64,000 nucleotides of DNA from Thermoanaerobaculia bacterium (GTDB taxonomy: Bacteria; Acidobacteriota; Thermoanaerobaculia; Gp7-AA8): positions 444 through 64,443 of the forward strand of contig JADGNZ010000035.1 of assembly GCA_017883205.1 (NCBI GenBank), in the 5' to 3' direction. The position numbers and the translations under genes are program-made. Of the stretch, positions 38,124-49,184 are shown piece by piece. Position 1 is the stretch's first letter, and each line of letters opens with the position of its first letter. A model generated the notes under the pieces. The model was given only the letters and a program-made list of their open reading frames with translations. It was not told the origin of the DNA and ran no database searches.

Positions 38124-40106
38124 ATGCGCGTCTACCGAGATGACCAGAAGTTCCTGACCTTCCGCATCAACGCGCTCCTGTGGGCGATCGTCATCGTGTT
38201 CGTGTTTCTGGCGGGCTCGTTCTGGGTCGTGCAGGGCGTGCAGGCGGAGAAGTATCGGAACCTCTCCGAAGCCAACGCCCTTCGCGAGCTCGTCACGCCG
38301 GCGAAGCGCGGACTGATCCTCGACCGCAGCGGACAGAAAATCCTCGCCGACAACCAACCGGCCTATTCGCTGTCGCTCGACCGCGTGGTCATGCGCCCGA
38401 TCATCAAGAACGATCCGTCGCATCGCGACAAGGTCGTGGCATTCCTCGCCCAGGTTCTCGGCGTGCCACCGCAGGAGATCGAGGCCCGGTTCGAAAAAGG
38501 CAAGGCCATTCCCAACGCGCGGCCCATTCCTGTCGCGGAAGATCTGTCGATGACGCAGGTCGCCTCGATCCAGGCGCAGGCGATCGCCTTTCCCGAGCTC
38601 GACGTCGAGCCGGTGCAGCGACGCAACTATCCGTACGCGACCATGGCCGCGCACGTCATGGGCTTCATCGGTGAAGTGAACGAGAAGGATCTCATCGCGC
38701 ACAAAGAGCTCAAGCAGGGCGACCTCCTCGGCAAACGCGGCGTCGAGATGATGTACGACGAGTATCTGCGCGGCCGCGACGGCGCGCAGTACTGGCAGTA
38801 CGACAGTCACGGCCGCCGCCTCGAGGAGTACCGCGCCGCGCGGAAGGAGCCGGTCGCGGGTGACAACGTCTATCTCACCATCGATTTCGACCTCCAGCGC
38901 CGCGCCGAGCAGTACTTCATCGAGAACGAGTTCGTCGGCTCCGCGGTGGCGCTCGATCCGCGCAACGGCGAAGTGCTGGCCATGGTTTCTTCGCCCGCGT
39001 TCAATCCCAACGTCTACTCGCGCCGCTTCACGCCCGAAGTCTGGCGGACCATCGCCTCCAACCCCTTCAAGGTCGAGCTGAACCGCGCCATTCAGGGCCT
39101 CTACTCGCCGGGATCGGTTTTCAAACCCGTGATGGCTATGGCCGGGCTGTCGGAAACAGCGATCGACACGACGACTTCCTTTTTCTGCAGCGGCAGCGGC
39201 GTGTTCTTCGGACGCCGATTCCGCTGCTACAACAAGAATGGCCACGGCGACGTCAGCGTCGCCAACGCCCTCAAAGTGTCGTGCGACATCTTCTTCTTCA
39301 ATGTTGGAGCGCGTCTCGGTGTCGACCGGATCGCCGAATACGCGCACAAGCTGACCTTCGGTGAGATCTCCCGAATCGATCTCGATGGCGAGAAGGCGGG
39401 CCTCGTTCCCTCCACGGAATGGGCGAACACCAAGCAGCACCGCAAGTGGTATCCATCGGAGACCATTTCGGTCGCCATCGGTCAGGGACCGCTCCTCGTC
39501 ACGCCGCTTCAGGTCGCGAACATGATGGCGGCCATCTCGAACGGAGGTACGGTCTACCGCCCTCACGTGGTGAAGATGATCGAGAAGGTCAACCCTGACG
39601 GCCGCGTCGAACGGCTGCAGGTCGCCAGCGAAGTGCTGCACAAAGTCACGCTGGCCCCAAAAGCGCTCGAGACCGTCAAGCTGGGGCTCTGGAAAGTCGT
39701 CAACGAGCAAGGCGGCACCGGCGGCAACGCCCGCATCGAAGGATTAAACGTCTCCGGCAAGACCGGCACCGTCCAGGTCATCGCGCAGCACGGCTGGGTG
39801 AAGACCGAAGGTTTGCCCTACAAGTACAAGGACCACGCGTGGTTCGCGTCGTTTGCGCCAAAGGACAATCCGCAGATGGTCGTGGTCGTCTTCGTCGAGC
39901 ACGGAGGCCACGGCGGTGTCGACGCCGCGCCGCTGGCCAAGTTGTTGTACGAATCGCGCTTCCGCGAGCAGGTCCTGAACGCCAACCTCGATCTCTCGAA
40001 TCCCGACACGCTTCAAGCAATCAAGGAAGGACAAGCGCCCGTTCCCGGACAAGTCAAGAAAGCGCCAGCCGCGGCCGCAGGCTCGAACCCGAACCTCGGC
40101 CACTGA
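38124..40106 (+). CDS. mrdA: Penicillin-binding protein 2
   Basis: RGLILDR, SxxK (PGSVFK), SCD, KTGT, DHAWF. Confidence 0.95.
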   Translation: MRVYRDDQKFLTFRINALLWAIVIVFVFLAGSFWVVQGVQAEKYRNLSEANALRELVTPAKRGLILDRSGQKILADNQPAYSLSLDRVVMRPIIKNDPSHRDKVVAFLAQVLGVPPQEIEARFEKGKAIPNARPIPVAEDLSMTQVASIQAQAIAFPELDVEPVQRRNYPYATMAAHVMGFIGEVNEKDLIAHKELKQGDLLGKRGVEMMYDEYLRGRDGAQYWQYDSHGRRLEEYRAARKEPVAGDNVYLTIDFDLQRRAEQYFIENEFVGSAVALDPRNGEVLAMVSSPAFNPNVYSRRFTPEVWRTIASNPFKVELNRAIQGLYSPGSVFKPVMAMAGLSETAIDTTTSFFCSGSGVFFGRRFRCYNKNGHGDVSVANALKVSCDIFFFNVGARLGVDRIAEYAHKLTFGEISRIDLDGEKAGLVPSTEWANTKQHRKWYPSETISVAIGQGPLLVTPLQVANMMAAISNGGTVYRPHVVKMIEKVNPDGRVERLQVASEVLHKVTLAPKALETVKLGLWKVVNEQGGTGGNARIEGLNVSGKTGTVQVIAQHGWVKTEGLPYKYKDHAWFASFAPKDNPQMVVVVFVEHGGHGGVDAAPLAKLLYESRFREQVLNANLDLSNPDTLQAIKEGQAPVPGQVKKAPAAAAGSNPNLGH

Positions 40107-40110
40107 GGTA

Positions 40111-40252
40111 TTGCCTTCGGCGTTGTCGGTTCATTGCCTGCGGCGTTCTCACATCCTTTAATCAACAGCCTGAACTTGGCTCACAATGACAACGCCCAAA
40201 CGCTCTCAACCGACAACGCCGAAGGCAATCAACCGATAACGCCCAAGGCAAT
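40111..40252. repeat. Inverted repeat of ~23-bp units between convergent genes
   Basis: attgccttcggcgttgtcggtt ... aaccgacaacgccgaaggcaat, followed by caaccgataacgcccaaggcaat. Confidence 0.8.
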
Positions 40253-40256
40253 CGCA

Positions 40257-40622
40257 TCAGTAACTCCTCTTGAATTTGTCGGCGTCGCGGCGCTCTCGCT
40301 TGGTCGGACGTCCCGCTCCCCGCTCGCGGAACACCGCATCGTCGATCTTCTCGATGACCGGCGTCTCGTCGATGTACATCGTCCGGGCGGTCTCTTTCGC
40401 CTGTTGCCGGTCCGGAATGCCCTTCACGACAAACTTCCGGAACCGCTCGCCGGCATACAGCTCAACTACGTCTCCCTCGCGTACGGGCGCCGCCGGCTTG
40501 ACCCGCTGTCCGTTGAGTTTCACGTGACCACCGCGGCATGCCTCGGTCGCATCGGTGCGATGCTTGACGAGGCAGACATGCTTGAGCCAGGTGTCGATGC
40601 GATGACGCTCTGAGTCGCTCAT
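40257..40622 (-). CDS. hslR: S4-domain RNA-binding protein Hsp15
   Basis: RIDTWL...KHRTDATEAC.GGHV, GAGRPTKRERR. Confidence 0.88.
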   Translation of the reverse strand: MSDSERHRIDTWLKHVCLVKHRTDATEACRGGHVKLNGQRVKPAAPVREGDVVELYAGERFRKFVVKGIPDRQQAKETARTMYIDETPVIEKIDDAVFRERGAGRPTKRERRDADKFKRSY

Positions 40623-40631
40623 TCGGAAGAG

Positions 40632-40639
40632 GTTATAAT
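40632..40639. promoter_or_regulatory. Overlapping divergent -10 elements (TATAAT on +, TATAAC on -)
   Basis: gttataat inside a 24-bp gap between two divergent ATGs. Confidence 0.7.
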
Positions 40640-40646
40640 CCCGCCC

Positions 40647-40916
40647 ATGATTAAAGCCGACATCGTCAACAAGGTGGCGGAAGTGTCCGAAATTTCGCGT
40701 GTGAAGGCCGCTCAGGCAGTCGACACGGTGATCGAAGGGCTGCGCAATGCGCTCGCGCGCGGGCAGCGGATCGAGCTCCGCGGATTCGGCGTTTTCCAGG
40801 TCAAACAGCGGAAGAAAGGGATCGGCCGCAATCCGAAAACCGGCGTCGAGGTGAAGATTCCACCCGGCAACACGATCCGCTTCAAGCCCGGCAAAGAACT
40901 GCGGAACCTTCTGTAG
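40647..40916 (+). CDS. HU/IHF-family DNA-binding protein
   Basis: [30 protein letters not shown]. Confidence 0.93.
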   Translation: MIKADIVNKVAEVSEISRVKAAQAVDTVIEGLRNALARGQRIELRGFGVFQVKQRKKGIGRNPKTGVEVKIPPGNTIRFKPGKELRNLL

Positions 40917-42487
40917 TGTCACCCGAGCAGAACCGGCATTTCGCCGCCAACGGCCAGACCGTACTCGTTCTCGACTTCGGTTCGCAGTACACGCAGCTCA
41001 TCGCCCGCCGCATTCGCGAGCAGTGCGTCTACTCCGTCGTCCATCCGTTCGATATTCCGATCGAGCGCGTGCGCGCGCTTGCGCCTCAGGCCATCATCTT
41101 CTCAGGTGGACCGCAATCGGTTTACGCCGACGCCGCGCCGATCTGCTCGCGCGAGATCTTCGATCTCGGCGTCCCGATCCTCGGCATCTGCTACGGCATG
41201 CAGCTCACTGCCTACCTCCTCGATGGGAAAGTGGAAGCATCGGCCGAGCGCGAGTACGGCCGCGCAGAGATCGACCTCCGCGGCACCGACTCGCCGCTCT
41301 TTGCGGGTACGCCGTCGCATCAACGCGTGTGGGCAAGCCATGGCGACAAAATCCTGCGCGAGCCTCCCGGCTTCCGCACGACTGCCTCGTCGGCAAACGC
41401 GCCGATCGCCGCCTTCGAGAATATCGAGCGGCAGTGCTACGGGATTCAGTTTCATCCCGAGGTCACCCACAGCGAAGCGGGAACGTCGATTCTTCGCAAC
41501 TTCCTTTTCGAGATCGCCCATTGCACTCCGACCTGGAACCTCGGCGACTACCGCAAACGAAAGGTCGAGGAGATCCGCGCGACGGTCGGCGACAAACAGG
41601 TCATCGCTGCGGTCAGCGGCGGCGTCGATTCGTCCGTGGCCGCGCTCCTGGTCGCCGAGGCGATCGGCGATCAGCTCACGGCGATCTTTGTCGACAACGG
41701 CGTGTTGCGAAAGAATGAAGCGATCCAGGTCATGTCGCGGCTCTCCGAGGGCCTCGGCATGCACATCATTGCCGTCGACGGAAGACAGCGCTTCTACGAC
41801 AAGCTCGCAGGCATCGAAGACCCCGAGGCCAAACGCAAGAAAATCGGAAACGAATTCATCGCTGTGTTCGAGGAAGAGGCGAAGCGCATCGCCGGCGCCG
41901 AGTTTCTCGTGCAGGGAACGCTCTACCCCGATGTCATCGAGTCGGTGTCGGTCAAAGGTCCCTCGGCCGTCATCAAGACTCACCACAACGTCGGCGGTCT
42001 GCCCGAAAAGATGGGGCTCAAACTAATTGAGCCTGTCCGCGAGCTGTTCAAAGATGAGGTGCGCCGTCTCGGACTCGAGCTCGGACTCGAAGACGAATTC
42101 GTCTGGCGCCATCCGTTTCCCGGCCCGGGACTGGCAGTGCGAATCCTCGGCGAAGTGACCGCCGAGCGCGTCGCGATCCTGCAGAACGCCGATGAAATCG
42201 TGATCGAAGAGATCCGGCGTGCCGGCCTGTATCGTGAGATTTCTCAGGCATTTGCGGTTCTGCTGCCCGTGCGCAGCGTCGGCGTGATGGGCGACGAGCG
42301 GACCTACGAAAACGTCGTCGCGGTCCGCGCTGTATCGACGACTGATTTCATGACTGCCGACTGGTACCGTATGCCCCACGACGTGCTCGACGCCATCAGC
42401 CGGCGCATCGTCAACGAGGTCCGCGGCATCAACCGGGTCGTCTACGACATCTCCTCGAAGCCTCCCAGCACGATCGAATGGGAGTGA
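40916..42487 (+). CDS. guaA: GMP synthase (glutamine-hydrolysing)
   Basis: [41 protein letters not shown]. Confidence 0.97.
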   Translation: MSPEQNRHFAANGQTVLVLDFGSQYTQLIARRIREQCVYSVVHPFDIPIERVRALAPQAIIFSGGPQSVYADAAPICSREIFDLGVPILGICYGMQLTAYLLDGKVEASAEREYGRAEIDLRGTDSPLFAGTPSHQRVWASHGDKILREPPGFRTTASSANAPIAAFENIERQCYGIQFHPEVTHSEAGTSILRNFLFEIAHCTPTWNLGDYRKRKVEEIRATVGDKQVIAAVSGGVDSSVAALLVAEAIGDQLTAIFVDNGVLRKNEAIQVMSRLSEGLGMHIIAVDGRQRFYDKLAGIEDPEAKRKKIGNEFIAVFEEEAKRIAGAEFLVQGTLYPDVIESVSVKGPSAVIKTHHNVGGLPEKMGLKLIEPVRELFKDEVRRLGLELGLEDEFVWRHPFPGPGLAVRILGEVTAERVAILQNADEIVIEEIRRAGLYREISQAFAVLLPVRSVGVMGDERTYENVVAVRAVSTTDFMTADWYRMPHDVLDAISRRIVNEVRGINRVVYDISSKPPSTIEWE

Positions 42488-42634
42488 GGAGATTCCGGAA
42501 TCTATTATGCGTCCGTCTCCCGAGTTTCCATTTTTGTGTAGCTCTCCGCCATCAGACGCTGTAAGTTACTCATACGCGTCCTACCTGAAAACAGTTCCTC
42601 GCACATGTCGTGCGTGGTGAAGAGGAGAACCTGC

Positions 42635-44098
42635 ATGAATCCAGCCCGGCCCCTTTCACGTTTCATCGTCGGTTCCATGTTGTGTCTGTTGCTACTTCCC
42701 GCGATCGCTCTCGCCAAACCCGGCGGCGCCGACCCGATTGCCCGCATGACGGCATCAGGCTCGGTGGCCATCTGGACGACGGCAGTCAGCCACGACAAGA
42801 TCGCACTCACTGTAGTCGGCCCTGACGGATCCGTCTTCCAGAAGGAGTTTGCGGCGGGCGTCACGCCAATGTTCCGTCTGCAGGATCTGGGCGGGAAGGC
42901 TGCGGACGGCTCCTACACGTACGAGATGCGCATCATCCCGAACGTTAGCTCCGCCGTCAGACAGCAGCTCGCAGCAGCGCGCGAAGCAGGCGACGATGCC
43001 GCGGCGGCTCGCATCCAGCGCGATGCCGGATTGGCGGAGCAGATGGTGCAGTCGGGGACACTATCGGTGTCGAACGGCGCATTCATCGATCCCGACGCCA
43101 CCGAGCCGGTTCTTCGCCAGCCGGCGGCGGCCGCCTCCAGCACTACGAGCGGCACTACGAGCGCCTCATCGATCAGCCCGCCGAAGAAGATCTCGCCGCT
43201 CGACATCGTCCAGGCCGACGATGTGATCATTCAGGGAAGCCTCTGTGTCGGCCTCGACTGCGTCGTCAACGAGTCGTTCGGCTTCGACACGATCCGGCTC
43301 AAGGAGAACAACACTCGCATTGCTTTTGTGGACACGAGCACTTCCGCCGGGTTCCCGACGCACGACTGGCAGCTGACTGCGAACGACAGCGCCAGCGGCG
43401 GTGCGGAGAAGTTCTCCATCGAAGATCTCACCGCCGCAACCGTGCCTTTCACTGTGAGGGGCTCCGCACCAAACAACGCGATCTTCGTCGACAGCACCGG
43501 CCGCGTTGGCTTCCGTACCGCCACGCCAGTGCTCGACCTTCACGTCGCCACCGGCAACACACCGGCTCTGCGCCTGGAGCAGAACTCCAGCGGCGGATTC
43601 ACCGCGCAGACCTGGGACATCGGGGGTAACGAAGCAAACTTCTTCGTACGCGATGTGACCGGCGGCTCACGCCTCCCGTTCCGCATCCGTCCCGGCGCAC
43701 CGACGAGCTCCATCGACATCGCGGCGAGCGGCAACGTAGGCATCGGAACGGCCAGTCCGTCAAATATTCAATCGAATGGCCCGGTCGTTCACATTTCGGG
43801 AACCGGCGCGGCACTGCGTATCAAGGACACGGCGTCCGGCGGTGATTGGAACCTCTTTGCGAGAAACGGTGCCTCGACGAACCTGTTCCGGATCTTTGAC
43901 GGTGCCGCCACTGCCGATCGATTGGACATCGACGCATCGGGCAACGTCGGCATCGGGACGACGACACCCACGAGCAAACTTCAGGTCGTTGGCTTGCCGG
44001 TCTTCGCAAACAATGCCGCAGCAGTCGCGGGCGGCTTGACGGTCGGCGCGTTCTACCGAAATGGCGGCGATCCCGACAGCGTTAGTGTCGTCCACTAG
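42635..44098 (+). CDS. Secreted fibre-like beta-repeat protein (GNVGIGT repeats)
   Basis: RBS gaggag, signal peptide, QGSLCVGLDC..ESFGFDTIRLKENN, repeated GRVGF/GNVGIGT units. Confidence 0.7.
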   Translation: MNPARPLSRFIVGSMLCLLLLPAIALAKPGGADPIARMTASGSVAIWTTAVSHDKIALTVVGPDGSVFQKEFAAGVTPMFRLQDLGGKAADGSYTYEMRIIPNVSSAVRQQLAAAREAGDDAAAARIQRDAGLAEQMVQSGTLSVSNGAFIDPDATEPVLRQPAAAASSTTSGTTSASSISPPKKISPLDIVQADDVIIQGSLCVGLDCVVNESFGFDTIRLKENNTRIAFVDTSTSAGFPTHDWQLTANDSASGGAEKFSIEDLTAATVPFTVRGSAPNNAIFVDSTGRVGFRTATPVLDLHVATGNTPALRLEQNSSGGFTAQTWDIGGNEANFFVRDVTGGSRLPFRIRPGAPTSSIDIAASGNVGIGTASPSNIQSNGPVVHISGTGAALRIKDTASGGDWNLFARNGASTNLFRIFDGAATADRLDIDASGNVGIGTTTPTSKLQVVGLPVFANNAAAVAGGLTVGAFYRNGGDPDSVSVVH

Positions 44099-44126
44099 AT
44101 CTTCGATCCTGATCGCTTGACCTGAG

Positions 44127-44172
44127 CCGCGCGGCGTGTGGAGATCCTCCACGCGTCGCGCGGTTTTTCTTT
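44127..44172 (+). terminator. Intrinsic terminator
   Basis: ccgcgcggcgtgtggag-atc-ctccacgcgtcgcgcgg followed by tttttcttt. Confidence 0.75.
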
Positions 44173-44203
44173 GCACGCGATTATCGAGCTCGGGACTCCC
44201 CAG

Positions 44204-44240
44204 AAAAAAGCACGGGGCGCGGCGGAAGACCGCGCCCCGT
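44204..44240 (-). terminator. Intrinsic terminator downstream of ftsZ
   Basis: acggggcgcgg / ccgcgccccgt stem followed by gcTTTTTT on the minus strand. Confidence 0.75.
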
Positions 44241-44318
44241 TACGGAGCAGATGATCCCGGGTCCCTCTCCCCTGGATCGCGTACGGCACGCAGGAGGGGC
44301 GCGCCGCGTTGGAAAACG

Positions 44319-45623
44319 CTAGTCGCTCAAGTTGCGGATCACCGTCGGAATATCGAGGTCATTGCCGAAATCACTCGACGCCATCGGCCCGAAACCTCCG
44401 GAGCCGTCGGGCCGGCTGAATCCTTTGCGAAAAAAGGGAGGATCGTAAATCTCCCCCTCCGCGCCTACCTGCGGCGCAGCCTGCACCGCTTCCTGCGTTA
44501 CCTCGTGCTGCGCCGCAATCTCCTTCGGCGCGAACGGCCGGAACGGCACCTGCGTCGAAGTTGACGAAGGCCGCGACGCGTGACCCGACGAGAGCTGTTC
44601 GCCGCGCGTATTGAGAAACCCCTTCGTCGCCGAGTCGAAACCGGTCGCGATGACGGTGACTTTGACTTCGTCTTTCATCCGCGGATCGATGACCGTTCCG
44701 AAGATGATGTTCGCTTCCTCGTCGGCCGCTTCCTGGATGATCGACGCGGCCTCGTGCACTTCGAACAGCGTCATATCCGGGCCGCCGGTGATGTTGATCA
44801 GAACGCCCTTCGCCCCTTCGATCGACGCTTCTTCGAGGAGCGGCGATGAAATGGCGCGCTGTGCGGCTTCGACCGCACGATGTTCGCCCGAGCTCACGCC
44901 CGTGCCCATCAGCGCCATGCCCATCCCGTGCATGATCGTTTTCACGTCGGCGAAGTCGAGATTGATCTCGCCCGGAACCGTGATGAGATCGGAGATGCCC
45001 TGCACTGCCTGCCGGAGGATGTCGTCGGCGATGTTGAACGCCTCGTTGAGCGACGTTGCGCGCTCGACGAAGTTGAGCAACCGTTCGTTCGGAATCGTGA
45101 TCAGCGTGTCGACGGTCTCCCGCAACGCGCGGATGCCCTGTTCGGCCTGAATGCGCCGGCGTTTGCCTTCGAAGCCGAACGGCTTCGTGACCACCGCCAC
45201 AGTGAGCGCGCCGAGCTCCGCCGCCAACGACGCGATGATCGGCGCCGCGCCGGTACCCGTACCGCCGCCCATCCCCGTCGTGATGAAGATCATGTCCGCG
45301 CCCGAGAGCGCCTCGAGAATGCGGTCCGTGTCTTCGAGCGCGGCCTGTTTGCCGATCTCCGGGTTCGCGCCGGCGCCGAGACCTTTGGTCAGCTTGCCGC
45401 CGATCTGCAGCTTCACCGGTGCCAGCGACGTTCGCATCGCCTGGACATCGGTGTTCGCGACCATGAACTCGATGCCTTTGATCCCGGCCTGAATCATCCG
45501 GTTGACCGCATTCCCACCACCACCGCCCACGCCGATGACTTTGATCTTGGCTCCGAGCTGCTGCCCTTCGTCGAGCATCACCGCTAATCGGCCGTCACCA
45601 GGTTTTTCGTCAAATGTGATCAT
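44319..45623 (-). CDS. ftsZ: Cell division protein FtsZ
   Basis: [24 protein letters not shown]-terminal LDIPT. Confidence 0.98.
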   Translation of the reverse strand: MITFDEKPGDGRLAVMLDEGQQLGAKIKVIGVGGGGGNAVNRMIQAGIKGIEFMVANTDVQAMRTSLAPVKLQIGGKLTKGLGAGANPEIGKQAALEDTDRILEALSGADMIFITTGMGGGTGTGAAPIIASLAAELGALTVAVVTKPFGFEGKRRRIQAEQGIRALRETVDTLITIPNERLLNFVERATSLNEAFNIADDILRQAVQGISDLITVPGEINLDFADVKTIMHGMGMALMGTGVSSGEHRAVEAAQRAISSPLLEEASIEGAKGVLINITGGPDMTLFEVHEAASIIQEAADEEANIIFGTVIDPRMKDEVKVTVIATGFDSATKGFLNTRGEQLSSGHASRPSSTSTQVPFRPFAPKEIAAQHEVTQEAVQAAPQVGAEGEIYDPPFFRKGFSRPDGSGGFGPMASSDFGNDLDIPTVIRNLSD

Positions 45624-45682
45624 TTACCGTCTCCAGGAAGAGTAATCATTTTTCGTTACGCATTCAAACAATATTTGCATTC

Positions 45683-46912
45683 CTACGTTTGCGTGAAGAG
45701 CGACTTGAGCCCATCGGCGATTCGAGCGAAGCCACGCCGCGGACGCTTCCGTACCCGGGCCCGGTCCCGAAAGCCCCACAACAGCAGGCCTGCTGCGGCC
45801 GCCCATTCCGGCCCCGCGACCGTGTCGGAGAGGCCGCTCAGTCCTCGCGGCACGCCTTTCCGCGCCTGCTGATCGAACACCTGCTCGACCATTTCCACCA
45901 TCCCATCCATCTCCGCGCCGCCGCCGACAACGACCACGCCGCTGCGGATCTCTTTGTCCAATCCCACCTTCTCGATATCGCGATAAACGAGTTTTGCGAT
46001 CTCGGCCGCGCGCGGTTCCAGGATGTTCGTCAGCTCGTGCTTCGAAAGGATCTTCGGCGCACGGCCACCCACGGTCGGCACTTCGATCGGATCATCCTCA
46101 GTGACCAGCGAAGCGAGCGCGCAGCCGTAGCGCTTCTTGATCCGCTCCGCGTCCTCCATGGGCGTCCGCAACACGACCGAGATGTCGCTGGTGAAATGAC
46201 CCGCGCCCACCGGCAGTACGTTGGTGTGGACGACGTTCCCTTCGAGAAAAACGGCGTAGTCCGTCGTTCCCGCACCGATGTCCATGAGTAAAACACCCAT
46301 CTCGCGCTCGTCCTGGGTCAGCACCGCTTCGGCAGCGGCGAGCTGCTCGAGCACCAGCTCCTGCACGGCGATGCCCGCTTTGTTCACGCCGGTCAGGACG
46401 TTCTGGTTGTGCGTGCGCGCACCGGTGACGATGTGGACGTTCGCCTCCAGCCGGCCGGCGGTCATGCCGAGGGGATCGTGGATGCCGTCCTGTCCGTCGA
46501 CGACGAACTCGCGCGGGATCACGTGCAGCAACTCGAGCTCGGCGGGAATGTTGATCGACTTCGACGCCTCGATGACGCGGTCGATGTCTTCGCGAGAGAT
46601 CTCACGATGCTTCCCGGTGACCGAGATGACGCCGCGCGAGTTGACCGAGCGGATGTGATCGCCGGCCACGCCGACGTAGACCGATTCGATCTGCAGTCCA
46701 GCCATGACCTCGGCTTCGTCGACCGCTTTCTTGATCGCCTCGATGGCCTGATCGAGGTTGATGATGTTGCCGCGGCGCGTTCCCTTCATCGGCGAGGTGC
46801 CTTTGCCAATGATCTCGATCTGGCCGCGGTCGGTTACTTCCCCGACCAGCACACAGACCTTGGAAGTCCCGATATCGAGCGCGACGATGTATTTCTCTTC
46901 GGTCTTCGGCAT
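45683..46912 (-). CDS. ftsA: Cell division protein FtsA
   Basis: LDIGTSKV, DIGAGTT, AERIK, synteny. Confidence 0.96.
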   Translation of the reverse strand: MPKTEEKYIVALDIGTSKVCVLVGEVTDRGQIEIIGKGTSPMKGTRRGNIINLDQAIEAIKKAVDEAEVMAGLQIESVYVGVAGDHIRSVNSRGVISVTGKHREISREDIDRVIEASKSINIPAELELLHVIPREFVVDGQDGIHDPLGMTAGRLEANVHIVTGARTHNQNVLTGVNKAGIAVQELVLEQLAAAEAVLTQDEREMGVLLMDIGAGTTDYAVFLEGNVVHTNVLPVGAGHFTSDISVVLRTPMEDAERIKKRYGCALASLVTEDDPIEVPTVGGRAPKILSKHELTNILEPRAAEIAKLVYRDIEKVGLDKEIRSGVVVVGGGAEMDGMVEMVEQVFDQQARKGVPRGLSGLSDTVAGPEWAAAAGLLLWGFRDRARVRKRPRRGFARIADGLKSLFTQT

Positions 46913-46930
46913 TCGTTGTCTCCTGAATGG

Positions 46931-47782
46931 CTAATTCGTGATCGGTGCAAAAATCGTTGGTTTTGGCGTAGACGGCTGCAGCACGGCGGGATGAACCGGC
47001 TTCACGACGATGCGTCCGGCAAAGCGAAGATCGGCGTATTCGATGTCGTGGACGCCGAAATGCTCGGCGCGCGCGACCGCGTAAAGGTCCCGCCACTTCG
47101 CGGAAAGATCGCTATCCCCGGCGTAAACGAACGCGCCCAATTCGCGGTCGAAGAGCGCGAATGAGCTCGGCGCGATCGGCCGGACTTCCGAAATGCGCGA
47201 GTAAATCTGCGGATCGCGAGCGCGAAGCGTCTGCAGCAAGACGACACTACGTTGCAGTTCGGCACCCGGTGCATTGGTGATGAGCGGCAGATCGCTGTCG
47301 CCGACGGAAGGAGCCAGCTCCGCAAACGCCATCCCGTCTTCGTCGACGTAGCTGATGCGCCCCTTCTCGGCAACGAGCGCGGCCGGCGTGCGCTCGACGA
47401 TGCGAATGCGCAACGTGTCGGGAAGCTTCTTTTCTGCCTCGATGCGCTTGATCCAACCTAGTCCGCGAAGATCATGGCGCAGCCGGCCGATGTCGATCTT
47501 AAAGAGGTTCTCGCCGACGTACGCGCGGGTGACGGCATCGATCTCGGCTCGCGGCGTATGTACGACGCCTGTGACTTCAATCGACTTGACTGCGAAACGG
47601 TTGTCTCCCCGAGTGTGCTGAAAAACGAGAATCGAACTGATGACGAGACCGATCACGATGCCCGCTTTCCCACCAATGGCGGCAAGACGCTGCAGCTGAA
47701 TCCGGCGCTGATTGCGGCGGATGCGCGCGACGTCCGCCGGGCGGAAGAAGCGAGGCGAGGTGCTGTCGTAACCGGCCGACAT
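46931..47782 (-). CDS. ftsQ: Cell division protein FtsQ
   Basis: TM, POTRA (WI..K.LPDTL.I.IVER.P), YADLRF. Confidence 0.9.
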   Translation of the reverse strand: MSAGYDSTSPRFFRPADVARIRRNQRRIQLQRLAAIGGKAGIVIGLVISSILVFQHTRGDNRFAVKSIEVTGVVHTPRAEIDAVTRAYVGENLFKIDIGRLRHDLRGLGWIKRIEAEKKLPDTLRIRIVERTPAALVAEKGRISYVDEDGMAFAELAPSVGDSDLPLITNAPGAELQRSVVLLQTLRARDPQIYSRISEVRPIAPSSFALFDRELGAFVYAGDSDLSAKWRDLYAVARAEHFGVHDIEYADLRFAGRIVVKPVHPAVLQPSTPKPTIFAPITN

Positions 47783-49182
47783 CAGACCCCTCCTCCATCT
47801 TCGCCGCGCACCAACGCCTCGGCGATCTCATGAACGTCGCCCGCACCCATGGCGATGAACACATCGTTCGGCTGCAGCCGCCGCCGAAGCTCGTTGATGA
47901 TCTCTGCGTGGCTTCGATCGATGAATTCAACTCCCTCCGCCGAGTCGGCGATCATGCGGGAGGAGACGCCATCGATCGGCTGTTCTCGCGCCGCGTAGAT
48001 CGGCGCGACGAGCGCTACATCGGCACCGGCAAGCGAGGAACCAAACTCGCGGGAAAAATCCCGGGTTCGCGAATAGAGATGCGGCTGGAACAGCGCCACG
48101 ACGCGGCGACGCGGATAGCCGCTGCGCGCTGCGCTCAGCGTGGCCCGGATTTCCGTCGGATGGTGGGCATAGTCGTCGACGACGAGCGCTCCGTTGTAGT
48201 CGCCGAGGATCTGGAAGCGGCGGTCGACGCCGAGGAACTTGGCAAGCCCGGCGGCGATGGCGTCGTGACCGACTCCGAGCGCACGCGCCACCGCGATCGC
48301 TGCCAGCGCATTGCGAACGTTGTGTTCGCCGGGAACGAAGAGTTTGAAGAATCCAACGCCTTCGACCTCGAACGATGAACCGCGCTCGTCGAACGTGAGG
48401 TTACGCGTCGTCAGATCGGCGCCCGGTCCAAGACCATAACGGATGATCTTCGGATCGTTCGATCGCCCGCGGCGATCGAGTAGCGCCGCCACGGCCGGAT
48501 CATCGACACAGCCGATGATCGCGCCGCCCGGCCGTACGTTCTCCGTGAAGATCCGGAACGCTTCGACGATGTTCTCGAAGCTGCCGTAGTAGTCGAGGTG
48601 GTCTGCCTCGATGTTCGTGATCACGGCGATCTCGGGCTGAAGCTCGTGAAAGGTGCGGTCGTACTCGTCCGCTTCGACCACGATCATGTCGCCCTTGCCG
48701 CTCCTGGCGTTCGACGCAAAGTTTCGGAGCATGCCGCCGATGATGACCGTGGGGTCCAGTCCGGCGTCTTCGAGAACTGTCGCGATCATCGCCGAGGTTG
48801 TCGTCTTGCCGTGCGTGCCGGAGACGCCGACTGCGCGCTTCTCGTTGACGATCGCCGCCAGAAGATCTTTGCGGCGGATGACTTGAACACCGTCCGCCCG
48901 CGCCGTGTCGACTTCGACGTTCGCTCCGCGAACCGCGGCCGTGACGACGATGGCATCCACGCCGGCCAGGTGAGCCGGATCGTGGCCGATGTGAATATCG
49001 ACTCCGCGGCCGGCCAGAAGCGCCGTCGAGGACGATCGCTTCAGGTCGCATCCGGACACGGTCATGCCGCGCTCGTGGAGGATCTCGGCGATGCCACTCA
49101 TTCCGATCCCGCCGATGCCGACGAAATGAATATTCTTAATCTTGTCTAAATTCATTCTGGATAGTGGCTCGGTAATAACCAA
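47782..49182 (-). CDS. murC: UDP-N-acetylmuramate--L-alanine ligase
   Basis: HFVGIGGIGMSG, GTHGKTTT, EADE, DDYAHHPTEI, FQPH; alternative start at 49155. Confidence 0.96.
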   Translation of the reverse strand: MVITEPLSRMNLDKIKNIHFVGIGGIGMSGIAEILHERGMTVSGCDLKRSSSTALLAGRGVDIHIGHDPAHLAGVDAIVVTAAVRGANVEVDTARADGVQVIRRKDLLAAIVNEKRAVGVSGTHGKTTTSAMIATVLEDAGLDPTVIIGGMLRNFASNARSGKGDMIVVEADEYDRTFHELQPEIAVITNIEADHLDYYGSFENIVEAFRIFTENVRPGGAIIGCVDDPAVAALLDRRGRSNDPKIIRYGLGPGADLTTRNLTFDERGSSFEVEGVGFFKLFVPGEHNVRNALAAIAVARALGVGHDAIAAGLAKFLGVDRRFQILGDYNGALVVDDYAHHPTEIRATLSAARSGYPRRRVVALFQPHLYSRTRDFSREFGSSLAGADVALVAPIYAAREQPIDGVSSRMIADSAEGVEFIDRSHAEIINELRRRLQPNDVFIAMGAGDVHEIAEALVRGEDGGGV

Positions 49183-49184
49183 TT

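Noticed and set aside
42635-44098. Prophage tail gene
   Set aside because: It has a signal peptide and no other phage genes are nearby.
44241-44318. Possible ncRNA between the ftsZ stop and its terminator
   Set aside because: No recognisable family and only weak pairing; more simply a 3' UTR.
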